A stretch of DNA of 64,000 nt from an uncultured Clostridia bacterium (GCA_947306125.1 CAMZFO010000002.1:12366-76365); one strand, 5' to 3'; shown: positions 39,200 to 49,500, counted from the first letter of the stretch. Notes: generated by a model not told the origin, from the letters alone. A program made the numbers and translations.

Positions 39200-40378
39200 T
39201 TAGTTGAAAAGCGCGAGGAAGACGCCGGCCGCGATAGCGGAGCCGATAACGCCGGCGACGTTCGGGCCCATGGCGTGCATGAGCAGGAAATTGGAGGGAT
39301 TCTCCTTCTGTCCGACGACCTGCGATACCCTCGCCGCCATGGGAACGGCGGAAACGCCCGCCGAGCCGATAAGGGGATTGATCTTGCCCCTTGTGAGCCA
39401 GCACATCAGCTTGCCCAGCAGCACGCCGCCCGCGGTGCCGAATATGAACGCGCATACGCCCATCGCGAAGATGCCGAGGGTATCGAGCCTCAGGAACATA
39501 TTTGCCGTGGCGGTGGCGCCGACGCTGATGCCCAGGAATATGGTGACGATATTCATAAGCTCGTTCTGCGCGGTTTTGCTCAGCCTGTCGACGACTCCGC
39601 TCTCACGAAGCAGATTGCCGAGCATAAGCATACCGACGAGGCTCGCCGCCGAAGGCACGAGCAGAGCGGTGAATATGGTGACGACTATCGGGAAAACGAT
39701 CTTCTCCGTGGACGAAACGGGACGAAGCTGCTGCATGACTATCTGGCGCTCCTTCCTCGTGGTGAGAAGCTTCATTACGGGGGGCTGGATGAGCGGAACG
39801 AGAGCCATATAGGAATAAGCGGCGATCGCGATGGAGCCCAGATACTCGGGCGCGAGCTTTGATGTGACGAATATGGCTGTGGGTCCGTCCGCGCCTCCGA
39901 TGATGCCGATGGAAGCTGCAACGCCGTCGGCAAAGCCCAAAAGCTTTGCGCCGATGAACGCGATGAATATACCGGCCTGCGCTGCGGCGCCGAGGAACAG
40001 GCTCTTCGGGTTGGCGATAAGGGGGCCGAAATCGGTCATCGCGCCGACGCCGAGGAATATGAGACAGGGGTATATTCCGAGCTTTACGCCCAGATACAGA
40101 TAGTCAATAAGGCCGGCCTTATCCGAAAAGCCCTCCCATGCGACGTGACCGCCCTCAAAGAGCCCCGGATGATAAAGGTTTGCTCCGGGAAGGTTTGTCA
40201 GAAGCATACCGAAGGCTATCGGCAAAAGGAGCATCGGCTCGAACTTTTTGACGATGGCAAGGTACAAAAGACAGCACGCGAGCGCTATCATGGCGACCGT
40301 TTTCAGCCAATCCGGGAACCCTGTTGTAAAGAGCTGATAAAAGCCGGATTGTTTTAAGAATTCAAGAATGGAACCCAT
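39200..40378 (-). CDS. sodium-ion-translocating decarboxylase beta subunit (OadB/GcdB/MmdB family)
   Basis: 392 aa polytopic membrane protein. Its sequence pattern and its position between the carboxyltransferase and the biotin carrier support the call. Confidence 0.82.
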   Translation of the reverse strand: MGSILEFLKQSGFYQLFTTGFPDWLKTVAMIALACCLLYLAIVKKFEPMLLLPIAFGMLLTNLPGANLYHPGLFEGGHVAWEGFSDKAGLIDYLYLGVKLGIYPCLIFLGVGAMTDFGPLIANPKSLFLGAAAQAGIFIAFIGAKLLGFADGVAASIGIIGGADGPTAIFVTSKLAPEYLGSIAIAAYSYMALVPLIQPPVMKLLTTRKERQIVMQQLRPVSSTEKIVFPIVVTIFTALLVPSAASLVGMLMLGNLLRESGVVDRLSKTAQNELMNIVTIFLGISVGATATANMFLRLDTLGIFAMGVCAFIFGTAGGVLLGKLMCWLTRGKINPLIGSAGVSAVPMAARVSQVVGQKENPSNFLLMHAMGPNVAGVIGSAIAAGVFLALFN

Positions 40379-40392
40379 AGCAGCTCCTTGGC

Positions 40393-40737
40393 TTATTCAA
40401 AAGCGATCAGAACATCTCCGGAATTTACGTTGGAACCCTTGGAAGTATTGATGGCGACCACCCTGCCGTCGCGGGGGGCGAGGATCTCGTTTTCCATCTT
40501 CATCGCCTCGAGCACGATAAGCACCTGACCGCGCTTGAAGCTGTCGCCCACCTTGATATTGATGCCGACTATGGTGCCGGGCATGGGGGCGGAAATGGTC
40601 TCTGCAGCTCCGCCTGCGGCGGGCGCGGCGGGCCTGGGCTCAGCAGCCGCGGGGGCGGGAGCCTTCACTTCACCGCTGATCTCCTCGACTTCGACTTCAT
40701 AGGATGTGCCATTGACATTGACCAAGAATTTACGCAT
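40393..40737 (-). CDS. biotin carboxyl carrier protein (biotinyl domain)
   Basis: It has an Ala/Pro linker and an EAMKMENEI biotinylation motif. I placed the start at the ATG at 40737, 5 nt after GGAGG. Confidence 0.85.
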   Translation of the reverse strand: MRKFLVNVNGTSYEVEVEEISGEVKAPAPAAAEPRPAAPAAGGAAETISAPMPGTIVGINIKVGDSFKRGQVLIVLEAMKMENEILAPRDGRVVAINTSKGSNVNSGDVLIAFE

Positions 40738-40788
40738 ATTTACCTCCAAATGGCTTGCGCCTGTTTTACTGAAATTTGATTTAGCCGA

Positions 40789-41238
40789 TCAAGCGGCCTT
40801 TTTGATGGAAAGGATACGGATGCCCGAAACGTCCGTGCCGAGCTCCTCCGCGATGGCGGCGGCTATGACGGCTACGAGCTCGCGCCGGTCGGCGTTCATG
40901 GGAGCTTCTGCCGCTCCTCCGACACGCCGTATGGACTTGATGCGGATCCCGGAAACGTCCGTCCCCATAGACTCCGCGATCGCGGCGGATATTACCGCCA
41001 CGGTCTCCCTTCGCTTTTCACCGGTGAGACGCGCGTAGGCGGGACCCGTGCCGGGAACAGGCGCAAAGCCCTGCGGCTCGGGAAGAACGACCTTGTTTTT
41101 CTTGACCCTGGGCGCGCGCTCCTCATGCCTTGCAAGGCGCACTATAAAGCTCATCAGATAGATTATGCCGATGAGACTCAACAGGCCTATGAAGACGACG
41201 GTCACGCCGATAAGAAGAACCGTTAAAGACTCTTTCAT
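40789..41238 (-). CDS. OadG-family decarboxylase gamma subunit with a duplicated C-terminal module
   Basis: It has an N-terminal TM helix followed by two copies of an ~30-aa module: VAVISAAIAESMGTDVSGIRIKSIRRV and VAVIAAAIAEELGTDVSGIRILSIKKA. The start is at the ATG at 41238. Confidence 0.65.
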   Translation of the reverse strand: MKESLTVLLIGVTVVFIGLLSLIGIIYLMSFIVRLARHEERAPRVKKNKVVLPEPQGFAPVPGTGPAYARLTGEKRRETVAVISAAIAESMGTDVSGIRIKSIRRVGGAAEAPMNADRRELVAVIAAAIAEELGTDVSGIRILSIKKAA

Positions 41239-41385
41239 AAATAAAGAAACCTCCCGGGCAATGAGCAAAGCATAAAAATAGAATGCTTTGCCTTAATCTT
41301 ACCCAATTTCCGTTATTCGACGGAAATCCCCTATATCCTGCAAGCAAAAGAGCATCCTATCAAATATATTTAGTTGTGACCGGCG

Positions 41386-42084
41386 TCACTTATAAAAGCT
41401 CTCGATCTCTTCCTCGCTCAGCAGACGCTTTTCTCCGGGACCGAGCCCTTTAATGCCCACGCTCCCTATAGAGATCCTGCAAAGCTTAAGAGTCTTATGC
41501 CCGAGCGCCTCCATCATGCGCCTTACCTGACGGTTTCTGCCCTCTATTATGGATATTAGCAGCTCCGACCTTTCGGCGCTCCTTTTGAGCACGCGCACCG
41601 CGGCGGGAGCGGTCAGGCCGTCCTCGAGCTCTATGCCCTTCATCAGCGCGCGCTCATCCTGCTTCGTCAGCTCTCCGGTAACGAGCACGCGGTAGGTCTT
41701 GGTCTTCATATAACGGGGATGGGTCAGCTTGTCCGCGAACTCACCGTCGTTGGTTACGAAGATGAGCCCCTCCGAATCGTAATCGAGACGGCCTACGGTA
41801 TAGAGGCGCAGCGGTACGTCTTTGAAATAGTCGAGCACCTTTACGCGGTCCTCCTCTGCGGAAGACGTGCAGATGACGTTCTTGGGCTTATAAAATGCGT
41901 AAACGACCTTCTTCTGCTCCGGCGCCACGGGCTTTCCGTCGAGCAGGACCTTATCCCCGGGCATGACGCTCGCTCCGACCGAGGCGATCACGCCGTTGAC
42001 GGTCACGCGGCCCGAGCTTATAAGCTCTTCACATTTCCTGCGGGAGGCGACGCCTGCTTCCGCCAAATATTTTTGCAGTCTCAC
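41386..42084 (-). CDS. rluB: pseudouridine synthase (RsuA/RluB family)
   Basis: 232 aa with an S4 domain (MRLQKYLAEAGVASRRKCEELI) and the catalytic motif GRLDYDSEGL. Confidence 0.85.
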   Translation of the reverse strand: MRLQKYLAEAGVASRRKCEELISSGRVTVNGVIASVGASVMPGDKVLLDGKPVAPEQKKVVYAFYKPKNVICTSSAEEDRVKVLDYFKDVPLRLYTVGRLDYDSEGLIFVTNDGEFADKLTHPRYMKTKTYRVLVTGELTKQDERALMKGIELEDGLTAPAAVRVLKRSAERSELLISIIEGRNRQVRRMMEALGHKTLKLCRISIGSVGIKGLGPGEKRLLSEEEIESFYK

Positions 42085-42102
42085 AAAACAACTCCTCTAT
42101 AA

Positions 42103-43257
42103 TCATATGATGAAGCACCGCGCGAGCAGCTTCCACCAGAAGCAAAAGTCCCTCTCGCGCACCGAACTGGCGGCGATAAGATCGGTCTGCCCTATGACGG
42201 CTTCGCCTTCATAGACGGTAAGCACTCCGACCTTTTCCCCCGCTTCCACGGGCGCCTTCAGCTCCGGACGAAGCCTTACCGCAGTGCGGAAGCTCCTGCC
42301 CTCGTCCTTTCTCATCACGACTATTATACTCTCTTTTGCGCAAACTTCCAATACATTTTTCACGCCGTTTTCCACAAACGCCTTCGTGACCGCTTCACCC
42401 TTGCCTATTATCCTTTCAAAGGTAAAAGTATCGAATGCGGAATCGAGCAGTTCCTTCGCGGTCTCAAACATGGGTCTGCAGTTCAGCACGGCGCCTATGA
42501 GCGTCATGCCCTCCCTCTCGGCCGCAAACACGAGGCAGCGCCCCGCCGCCATAGTGTATCCCGTTTTTACGCCAAGCGCGCCTTCGTAATCCCAGAGCAG
42601 GCTGTTTTTGTTCTTGAATGTGCGCTCTACACTGCCGCTTTCGCATCGATAATACTTTGTCGAAACGATCTCCCTGAAATCCTCGTTCTTCATCGCTTCT
42701 GCGGCGATCCTGCAAAGCTCAAGCGCCGTCGTCCTGTGTCCCGCCGCATGCAGACCGTTTGGATTGACGAAGGCGGTATGCTCAAGCCCCATTTTCTCCG
42801 CCCTTGCGTTCATCATATCCACGAATCCGCTCACGGATCCTCCCGCATGAACGGCAAGCGCTACCGCCGCGTCGTTTCCCGAGGCGAGCATGAGCCCGTA
42901 GAGCAGGTCCTTGACAATCATGCTTTCCCCCTTCTGCAAATAAACGGAGGAGCCCTCCGTGCCGACCGCCTCGTCGGGGATCGACACGAGCTCCTCCGTA
43001 TCGCAGTTCTCAAGCACTACGAGCGCCGTCATTATCTTCGTCGTGCTCGCCATGGGAAGCTCCGTATCCTCGTTCTTCCCCGCGAGCATTTCGCCGCTCT
43101 CAAGCTCTATAAGCGCCATTGCTCCGGCTTCGGGTGCGAGCCCCGCAATATCCCTATCAGGAACCGCGGACTCCGCTTTGGGGGCGAGCGCCATCAGCAT
43201 CACGCCGAATGCGAGGAGCAGTGCGGCGCACGCCTTTATGGTATTTCTGCGCGTCAT
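42103..43257 (-). CDS. D-alanyl-D-alanine carboxypeptidase (S11, PBP5/DacB-like)
   Basis: 384 aa with a signal peptide and the SxxK (ASTTK), SxN (SGND) and KTG (VKTGYT) motifs. Confidence 0.88.
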   Translation of the reverse strand: MTRRNTIKACAALLLAFGVMLMALAPKAESAVPDRDIAGLAPEAGAMALIELESGEMLAGKNEDTELPMASTTKIMTALVVLENCDTEELVSIPDEAVGTEGSSVYLQKGESMIVKDLLYGLMLASGNDAAVALAVHAGGSVSGFVDMMNARAEKMGLEHTAFVNPNGLHAAGHRTTALELCRIAAEAMKNEDFREIVSTKYYRCESGSVERTFKNKNSLLWDYEGALGVKTGYTMAAGRCLVFAAEREGMTLIGAVLNCRPMFETAKELLDSAFDTFTFERIIGKGEAVTKAFVENGVKNVLEVCAKESIIVVMRKDEGRSFRTAVRLRPELKAPVEAGEKVGVLTVYEGEAVIGQTDLIAASSVRERDFCFWWKLLARCFII

Positions 43258-43799
43258 TGGATATCGTCATCCTCTCCGTACTCTATCCGGATCCGACCCG
43301 CTTTATCGTCCTTCTCTTCTTCCCCTGCGCCTCTGTGCTCCTTGAGCCTCGTCCCGCACTGCATTTCGACCGGCCTTTTGCCGCGGCAGTTTTTTCCGTT
43401 TTCGGTGTACTCCTTCATTATCCTCTCGGCGGTCTCCATAAGCTGAGGAATGAGATCTATTATCCTTTCGGATGCGCAGTCCTGCTTGGCGGGAAGTACC
43501 CTCACCGAACCCTCCTGCACGGCAAGGAACGCCAGAGGCGTAAGGCTCATTCCGAGCGTGGACGTGCCTATGAAGGGATAATTGCCTTCGCAGTTGACGT
43601 CTATCTGGCTCTTTTTGGGTGCGGCGACCGCAAGATACTCGCCTCCGCCTACCAGCATACCGAGGCTGACCTTGGATACGGGCAGTATCATCGTATTGTC
43701 GTCGGTCATCAGCGGGCTGCCTATGACCGTGTTGACGTCCACGAGCTGTTTTATATGCTCCATGGACGTCTGCATTATGTTCTCTATTGGATGCGCCAT
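43254..43799 (-). CDS. ytfJ: GerW/YtfJ-family sporulation protein
   Basis: Starts HPIENIMQTSMEHIKQLVDVNTVIGSPL...ILPVSKVSLGMLVGGGEY, which is typical of YtfJ. It has an extra charged C-terminal tail. Confidence 0.8.
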   Translation of the reverse strand: MAHPIENIMQTSMEHIKQLVDVNTVIGSPLMTDDNTMILPVSKVSLGMLVGGGEYLAVAAPKKSQIDVNCEGNYPFIGTSTLGMSLTPLAFLAVQEGSVRVLPAKQDCASERIIDLIPQLMETAERIMKEYTENGKNCRGKRPVEMQCGTRLKEHRGAGEEEKDDKAGRIRIEYGEDDDIQ

Positions 43800-44335
43800 T
43801 TTTTTCTCCTTCTTGATTTTATTGCTTCTGATAACAGTTTCCCCGGACTCACCTGCAGTATACCTGCCACATTAAGGGCAAGCGCCGTTCCGTCGAATAC
43901 CGGCTCTACCACGGATCGGGCGGGCTTCCCCGTAAGCGCCACGGATACCTGCCCGAACAGCGTCTGCAAATAACCCGCGATCAGCACGTTCTTATCAGGG
44001 TATCCTTCAAAGCCCACTCTGCCGGAAAAGCTCAGCTCCTTTACTTTTCCGAATTTGAAAAAGCTGACCCGGGGCATATTCTTCGCCTTTTTCTTCAATT
44101 CCGAAACAGGCTTATACACGCCTCCGGAAATCGAGATAAGCGCGCCCTCCGGCAGAGCGAAAAACACGTGCGCGCGTATTTTTACAGGCACAAGTCCGAA
44201 GAAGAGCATCAGAGTGCCGGAAGCATACGCGTCCCTGATGCTTACGCTGAGCTCGACCGCGATTTTCAACGTTATAAGCAGCGCCGCCGTCAGCAGGACT
44301 GCGAATACGAAAAGTGCCGCAACAGCCGCTTTCAT
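43784..44335 (-). CDS. DUF2953/YtfI-like membrane protein (sporulation-associated)
   Basis: 183 aa with an N-terminal TM helix. It sits immediately upstream of ytfJ and overlaps it, like the B. subtilis ytfI-ytfJ pair. The assignment rests on context. Confidence 0.45.
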   Translation of the reverse strand: MKAAVAALFVFAVLLTAALLITLKIAVELSVSIRDAYASGTLMLFFGLVPVKIRAHVFFALPEGALISISGGVYKPVSELKKKAKNMPRVSFFKFGKVKELSFSGRVGFEGYPDKNVLIAGYLQTLFGQVSVALTGKPARSVVEPVFDGTALALNVAGILQVSPGKLLSEAIKSRRRKKWRIQ

Positions 44336-44442
44336 GCACGCCTCCTAAAAGAATTCTGCATATAGTTTTGCCAATGCGCTTGTAAATTATCGGTTTTCAT
44401 GGTAATATAGTATTGGAAGAATATTGGGCGCGGAAGGTGACG

Positions 44443-44940
44443 ATGATCATATTGGGCATCGACCCAGGATATGCCATTTTGGGCTACGGGGTCGTCAAAT
44501 TCGAAAAGGGCAGCTTTACGGTGATCGACTACGGAGTGATCGAGACCAAGCCGGACAGGACTTTTCCGGAAAGGCTCGAGCTTTTGCATATGGGCGTCAC
44601 CATGCTCATCAATAAGTACAAGCCCGATCACATCGCTTTCGAGGAGCTCTTCTTCTACCATAACGCGAAAACCGTCATTCAGGTCGCCGCCGGAAGGGGC
44701 GTTGCGCTTCTTGCCGCGCAGGAAGCGGGCATACCGCTTTACGAGTACACGCCCATGCAGATAAAGCTTTCCGTGACCGGCGACGGGCATGCGGACAAGC
44801 ATCAGGTGCAGACCATGGTCAAGCTGCTTTTGAAGCTCACCGCCGTTCCAAAGCCCGATGACGCCGCGGACGCTTTGGGCGCCGCAATATGCCACGCAAG
44901 CATGATAGGACCTTCTTTGGAGGAATTCAGGATAAAATAA
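44443..44940 (+). CDS. ruvC: crossover junction endodeoxyribonuclease RuvC
   Basis: Starts MIILGIDPGYAILGYG and has the catalytic acidic residues. The stop overlaps the ruvA ATG (TAATG). Confidence 0.9.
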   Translation: MIILGIDPGYAILGYGVVKFEKGSFTVIDYGVIETKPDRTFPERLELLHMGVTMLINKYKPDHIAFEELFFYHNAKTVIQVAAGRGVALLAAQEAGIPLYEYTPMQIKLSVTGDGHADKHQVQTMVKLLLKLTAVPKPDDAADALGAAICHASMIGPSLEEFRIK

Positions 44941-45527
44941 TGTACGCTCATATCAGAGGTATCGTCGACCAGATAGGAGTCGACAGGGCAGTTATAGAAG
45001 CAGGCGGAGTAGGCTACGAATTGAATTGCAGTTCGGCCACTTTAAGGACGCTCACGTTGGGGGCTTCGGCCAAGCTCTATACTCATTTCCATCTTTCACA
45101 GGACGCGGTGGCCCTTTACGGCTTTGCGAGCGACGAGGAGCGCGCGATGTTCCGCAAGCTCATCGCCATTTCGCGCATTGGGCCGAAGGTCGCGCTCAAC
45201 GTGCTTTCCGTGCTCGCTCCCGAGGACGTGACCCTCGCCGTGCTGACCGATAACGCCGCCGCCTTCGACAGAGTGCCCGGCATGGGCAGGAAGACCGCCG
45301 CAAGGGTGATACTTGAGCTCAAGGGCAAGGTGGACGCCGCGGATCAGGCGCCGCAGGATCAGGGCCCGGGCGCTTCCTCCGCCTCCATCCGCACCGAAGC
45401 CATCGCGGCGCTCGTTGCGCTGGGTTATGACGGCGCGGAGGCCGGGAGGGTCGTTGCGGGGCTTCCGGCAGCAGATACCGTTGAAGAGATGATAAAGAAC
45501 GCGCTGAGGGAGATATCAAAGAAATAA
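44940..45527 (+). CDS. ruvA: Holliday junction branch migration protein RuvA
   Basis: Starts MYAHIRGIV and has helix-hairpin-helix motifs (PGMGRKTAARVILEL). Confidence 0.9.
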   Translation: MYAHIRGIVDQIGVDRAVIEAGGVGYELNCSSATLRTLTLGASAKLYTHFHLSQDAVALYGFASDEERAMFRKLIAISRIGPKVALNVLSVLAPEDVTLAVLTDNAAAFDRVPGMGRKTAARVILELKGKVDAADQAPQDQGPGASSASIRTEAIAALVALGYDGAEAGRVVAGLPAADTVEEMIKNALREISKK

Positions 45528-45530
45528 GCC

Positions 45531-46547
45531 ATGGAATTCGACGAGAGGATAATCTCCTCCTCCTTTCAGGAAGAGGATGAGAAAATAGAATACAGCCTGC
45601 GTCCCAAGTTTTTGAACGAATACATTGGTCAGTGGAACGTCAAGGAGCATATGAACGTATACATACAGGCCGCCAAGCTTCGCGGGGAGGCTTTGGATCA
45701 CGTTCTGCTTTACGGCCCGCCCGGCGTGGGCAAGACCACCCTCGCTTCGATCATCTCAAACGAGATGGGCGGAAAGCTTTCGGTCACGAGCGGCCCCGCG
45801 ATCACTCACAGCGGAGACCTCGCCTCCATACTCTCCAATATCAACGAGGGCGACATACTGTTCATCGACGAGATACACCGCCTTAACGCCAGCGTCGAAG
45901 AAGTGCTCTACCCCGCCATGGAAGATTTTGCTTACGATATAGTCATCGGCAAGGGCCCGGGCGCGAGGTCTATCCGTATGGAGCTTCCCAAATTCACGCT
46001 CGTCGGCGCTACTACGAGGCTCGGCCTTCTCACCTCTCCTCTGCGCGACAGGTTCGGCATCAAGGAACAGCTCGAGCTTTATTCGCCCGAGGATCTTAAG
46101 GAGATAATCGTCAGGAGCGCGGGCATACTCGACGTCGATATCACCGAGGACGGCGCTTTGGAGATAGCTTCAAGGTCGCGCGGGACTCCGCGTGTGGCGA
46201 ACAGGCTCTTAAAGCGCGTGCGCGATTTTGCGCAGGTAAAGGGCAGCGGCACCGTCGACTGCGAAACGGCCATGCGCGGGCTCGAGATGCTCAAGATAGA
46301 CGAGCTCGGCCTCGACCAGATCGACCGCAGGATGCTCGAAGCAATGATAGTGAAGTTCCGCGGCAGGCCTGTCGGGCTCGACACCATCGCCGCCGCGACA
46401 GGCGAGGACGCGACCACTATCGAGGACGTTTACGAGCCCTATCTTATCCAGCTTGGTTTCATTACGCGCACCCCGAGAGGGCGTGTTCTATTGCCCGGAG
46501 CCTATGAGCACATGGGTTATCCGGTACCGGCGGAAACAAATCTTTAA
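45531..46547 (+). CDS. ruvB: Holliday junction branch migration DNA helicase RuvB
   Basis: 338 aa with Walker [10 protein letters not shown], plus DEIHRL and [10 protein letters not shown]. Confidence 0.95.
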   Translation: MEFDERIISSSFQEEDEKIEYSLRPKFLNEYIGQWNVKEHMNVYIQAAKLRGEALDHVLLYGPPGVGKTTLASIISNEMGGKLSVTSGPAITHSGDLASILSNINEGDILFIDEIHRLNASVEEVLYPAMEDFAYDIVIGKGPGARSIRMELPKFTLVGATTRLGLLTSPLRDRFGIKEQLELYSPEDLKEIIVRSAGILDVDITEDGALEIASRSRGTPRVANRLLKRVRDFAQVKGSGTVDCETAMRGLEMLKIDELGLDQIDRRMLEAMIVKFRGRPVGLDTIAAATGEDATTIEDVYEPYLIQLGFITRTPRGRVLLPGAYEHMGYPVPAETNL

Positions 46548-46576
46548 TCAAACATTATTTTTGGAGGAGGTTCACG

Positions 46577-47572
46577 ATGTTTGGCAAAAAGAGCAAGGAA
46601 CTGCAGGAGCTTCTGACTCAGCGCAATTCCGAAAACGAACTGATGAAAAAGCGCATTGCCGAGCTTGAGGCGGAGGTGAACCGTCTCAAGGAGCAGGAAT
46701 CGCTCGTGCTGCGCGCACTGACCGACGCGAACAAAACAGCGGAGCGTATTGAAAAGGAAGCCGGCGAGCAGAGCGAAAAGCTGATCGCCGAAGCCGCCGA
46801 AAAGGTGCAGGAGGCGGCCGACAAGGCCAACGATATGCTCGCGACCGCCGACGAGGAAGCCGCAGCCGTCAAGAAGGAGGCGGACGATTATTCGGAGAAC
46901 ATCCGCACCGACGCGAACATCTACGTCGAGCGCACCATAATCGCCTCCCAAATGGAGGTCAATAAGCGCAAGGACGTAATGGCGGAGCTCAACGAGCTTT
47001 TGAAGAAGACCACCGATTATTTGAACGAGCAGACCGAGACCTTCACGGCAATGCTCAAGAGCGTCATAGAGGATAACGAGGAGCAGACCAAGGAGGTCTG
47101 CGCCGATATCGAAAAATGCAGCTGCAGCTGCAAGGACTGCAAGGAGCCCTGCATGGAGCACGCAGGCGAAGGCAAGGGCGACAGCGAAGAAGAGGACGAG
47201 TGCGAGGACGAGGGCGAAAGCGGCGAGGCCTCCCCCGCTCCCGACGCGGAACCCGAGCCCGAGCCCGTGGCTGAGCCCGACCCCGCGGCGGCGGATCTTC
47301 TGCAGGAGGAAAAGCCCGAGGATGACGAGCCCGCCATAAAGCCCGAGGAGCTTCCCAAGGAATACAGGACTCCCGCGGAGCTCATGAAGAACATTTATCT
47401 GCTCCAGAGGCGCGATATCCCCGTCGCTCCCAAGAAAAACGAATTCAGCGACGATTCCCCCGCCGGCGGTATCACTTTCCGCGACGAGCTCGGCGACGAG
47501 CCCGAGAAAAAGTCCGAGCTCCCGCACGACGATAAGCTCGAGGAGCTCGTTGAGGAAGTCACCGCTTCCTGA
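46577..47572 (+). CDS. hypothetical coiled-coil / acidic low-complexity protein with a central Cys cluster
   Basis: 331 aa with a strong RBS (GGAGGAGG). The N-terminal ~160 aa is a heptad-rich, DivIVA-like coiled coil, followed by CADIEKCSCSCKDCKEPCMEH and then an E/D/P-rich tail. No family was recognised. Confidence 0.55.
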   Translation: MFGKKSKELQELLTQRNSENELMKKRIAELEAEVNRLKEQESLVLRALTDANKTAERIEKEAGEQSEKLIAEAAEKVQEAADKANDMLATADEEAAAVKKEADDYSENIRTDANIYVERTIIASQMEVNKRKDVMAELNELLKKTTDYLNEQTETFTAMLKSVIEDNEEQTKEVCADIEKCSCSCKDCKEPCMEHAGEGKGDSEEEDECEDEGESGEASPAPDAEPEPEPVAEPDPAAADLLQEEKPEDDEPAIKPEELPKEYRTPAELMKNIYLLQRRDIPVAPKKNEFSDDSPAGGITFRDELGDEPEKKSELPHDDKLEELVEEVTAS

Positions 47573-47605
47573 TCGGAAAAACAATATTATATAGTCCTCC
47601 GCAAG

Positions 47606-47634
47606 TTGACAGCGGATGGCGAAAAGGTTATAAT
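47606..47634 (+). promoter_or_regulatory. sigma-A consensus promoter for proS
   Basis: TTGACA (47606-47611), 17 nt, TATAAT (47629-47634). Confidence 0.7.
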
Positions 47635-47711
47635 TCGAAAAGCATTCGGGTGTTCGCGAGCCGCAATATAGCGGCTCGTTGACCTGTAAATAAACTGTTT
47701 AGGAGAGAGCT

Positions 47712-49451
47712 ATGAAGGTTCGCAACATACTCGGCGATAGGTTCAAGGAACGCGCTTTTGATATCGAAAGCCAGAATTTGATGACGCGCGGCGGTTACAT
47801 GAAGCTGGTGGGCAACGGCATTTATTCGCTGTTCACTCCCGCCAAGCGCATTCAGAACAAGATAGAGGCCATACTCCGCGAGGAAATGGACGCGATAGAC
47901 GGTCAGGAGGTGCTCTTCCCCGTCGTCATGCCCGCTTCGCTTTGGCAGTCCTCCGGAAGGTTCGAGTCGATCGGCAAGGAGCTTTTGAGGTTCAAAGACC
48001 GCAGCGGCGCCGATATGGTGCTCGGCATGACTCACGAGGAAGCCGCGGTGCAGCTTGCGATGAACGTCGCCGGCACTTACCAGAAATATCCTTTCATGAT
48101 CTACCAGATCCAAACCAAGTTCCGCGACGAGCCCCGCGCAAGGGGCGGTCTTATCCGCGTTCGCGAATTCACCATGAAGGACGCCTATTCCTTCCACACA
48201 TCCCAAGAGGATCTTGAGAGGTATTATGAGCGCGCTTACCGCGCTTACGAGCGCATCTACGCCCGCGCCGGCGTGCCCGAGGTGATCGCCGTCAAATCTG
48301 ACAGCGGCATGATGGGCGGCAAGGTGAGCCATGAGTTCATGCTGCTTACCGATATCGGCGAGGATTCCATCGTGATCTGCCCCGAGTGCGGCTTCCGCTC
48401 CAATATGGAAGCCTGTGAGGCTATCACCGAAAACGCTGCCGATCCCGAGCTCAAGCCCCTCGAGGAAGTATTCACCGGCGAAGCCAAGACCATTGACGAG
48501 GTAGGCGAGATGCTTAACGTTCCCAACGAGAAGACCTGCAAGGCCGTCGTCTATCAGCGCAATTCCGACGACAGCTACGTGCTCATATTCTGCAGGGGCG
48601 ACCGCGAGATAAATGAGACCAAGCTCACGAATTACCTCAAGAGCGAGATCCATCCCGCGCTCGATATCGAAAACGCCAATCTTGCGGCGGGCAATATCGG
48701 TCCCGTCGGGCTTTCGACCAATGCGACAGTACTGTTCGACCGTTCCCTCGTCGGCGCGACCAACCTCGTCTGCGGCGCGAACAAGGCCGAATATCATCTG
48801 AGCGGCTTCACTCCCGCGCGCGATCTTCCCGAGGATACCCTATTTATTGACCTCACCAAGGCCGTACAGGGCGGCGTCTGCCCCGTCTGCGGCAAGCACG
48901 CTCTGCGCGTACGCCGCGGCATCGAGGTGGGCAACATATTCCAGCTCGGCAAGCGTTACACCGAGGCCATGGGCATGACCTACGACACCGAGACCGGCGA
49001 GCGCAGGAACCCCATTATGGGCTGCTACGGTATAGGCGTCGGCCGCCTCATTGCTTCCATCTGTGAGGAGCATCACGACGATTACGGCCCCATCTGGCCC
49101 ATCAGCATCGCTCCCTGGCAGGTCGAGATCTGTGCGCTGAGGGCGAACGACGAGCAGGTCAAGGCCGCCGCCGACATGCTCTATAAGGAGCTCGAGGACG
49201 CGGGCGTCGACGTTCTTTACGACGACCGCTCCGTTTCCGCGGGATTCATGTTCTCCGACGCCGATCTTTTCGGCTCTCCCATCAGGGTAGTCATAAGCCC
49301 CAAGACACTTGCCCGCGGCTGCTTCGAGCTGGGCTCCCGCGACAAGTCCTTCGGCGGCGATATCGCGATCGACACGGCGAAGGAAGCCGTGCTTGACAAG
49401 ATCCGCGAGCTGACCGAGGCGCTCAACGCAAAGGTCCCCGAGAGGCTCTGA
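47712..49451 (+). CDS. proS: proline--tRNA ligase (bacterial type with editing insertion)
   Basis: 579 aa with class II motifs (FRDEPRARGGLIRVREFTMKDAYSF, GCYGIGVGRL) and an INS editing domain. Confidence 0.93.
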   Translation: MKVRNILGDRFKERAFDIESQNLMTRGGYMKLVGNGIYSLFTPAKRIQNKIEAILREEMDAIDGQEVLFPVVMPASLWQSSGRFESIGKELLRFKDRSGADMVLGMTHEEAAVQLAMNVAGTYQKYPFMIYQIQTKFRDEPRARGGLIRVREFTMKDAYSFHTSQEDLERYYERAYRAYERIYARAGVPEVIAVKSDSGMMGGKVSHEFMLLTDIGEDSIVICPECGFRSNMEACEAITENAADPELKPLEEVFTGEAKTIDEVGEMLNVPNEKTCKAVVYQRNSDDSYVLIFCRGDREINETKLTNYLKSEIHPALDIENANLAAGNIGPVGLSTNATVLFDRSLVGATNLVCGANKAEYHLSGFTPARDLPEDTLFIDLTKAVQGGVCPVCGKHALRVRRGIEVGNIFQLGKRYTEAMGMTYDTETGERRNPIMGCYGIGVGRLIASICEEHHDDYGPIWPISIAPWQVEICALRANDEQVKAAADMLYKELEDAGVDVLYDDRSVSAGFMFSDADLFGSPIRVVISPKTLARGCFELGSRDKSFGGDIAIDTAKEAVLDKIRELTEALNAKVPERL

Positions 49452-49466
49452 TAATAACAGCATACG

Positions 49467-49500
49467 GGAGCGGCGCAAAAGTGCCGCTCCTTTCTCTATT
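49467..49500 (+). terminator. rho-independent terminator after proS
   Basis: Stem ggagcggc/gccgctcc (8 bp), followed by TTTCTCTATT. Confidence 0.7.

Noticed and set aside
46544-47584. 346-aa minus-strand ORF exactly opposite the coiled-coil gene
   Set aside because: Its Leu/Gly/Phe-rich sequence is the complement of GAG/GAA/AAG-rich sense codons. The + strand frame has a strong GGAGGAGG RBS and fits the ruvCAB spacing, while the minus frame has neither an RBS nor context.
47635-47711. Possible T-box leader upstream of proS
   Set aside because: The leader is only about 75 nt, with one 8-bp hairpin (cgagccgc/gcggctcg). I found no specifier loop, no T-box sequence and no terminator/antiterminator pair.
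47628-48797. 389-aa minus-strand ORF opposite proS
   Set aside because: It is antisense to a definitive class II aminoacyl-tRNA synthetase and has no independent support.
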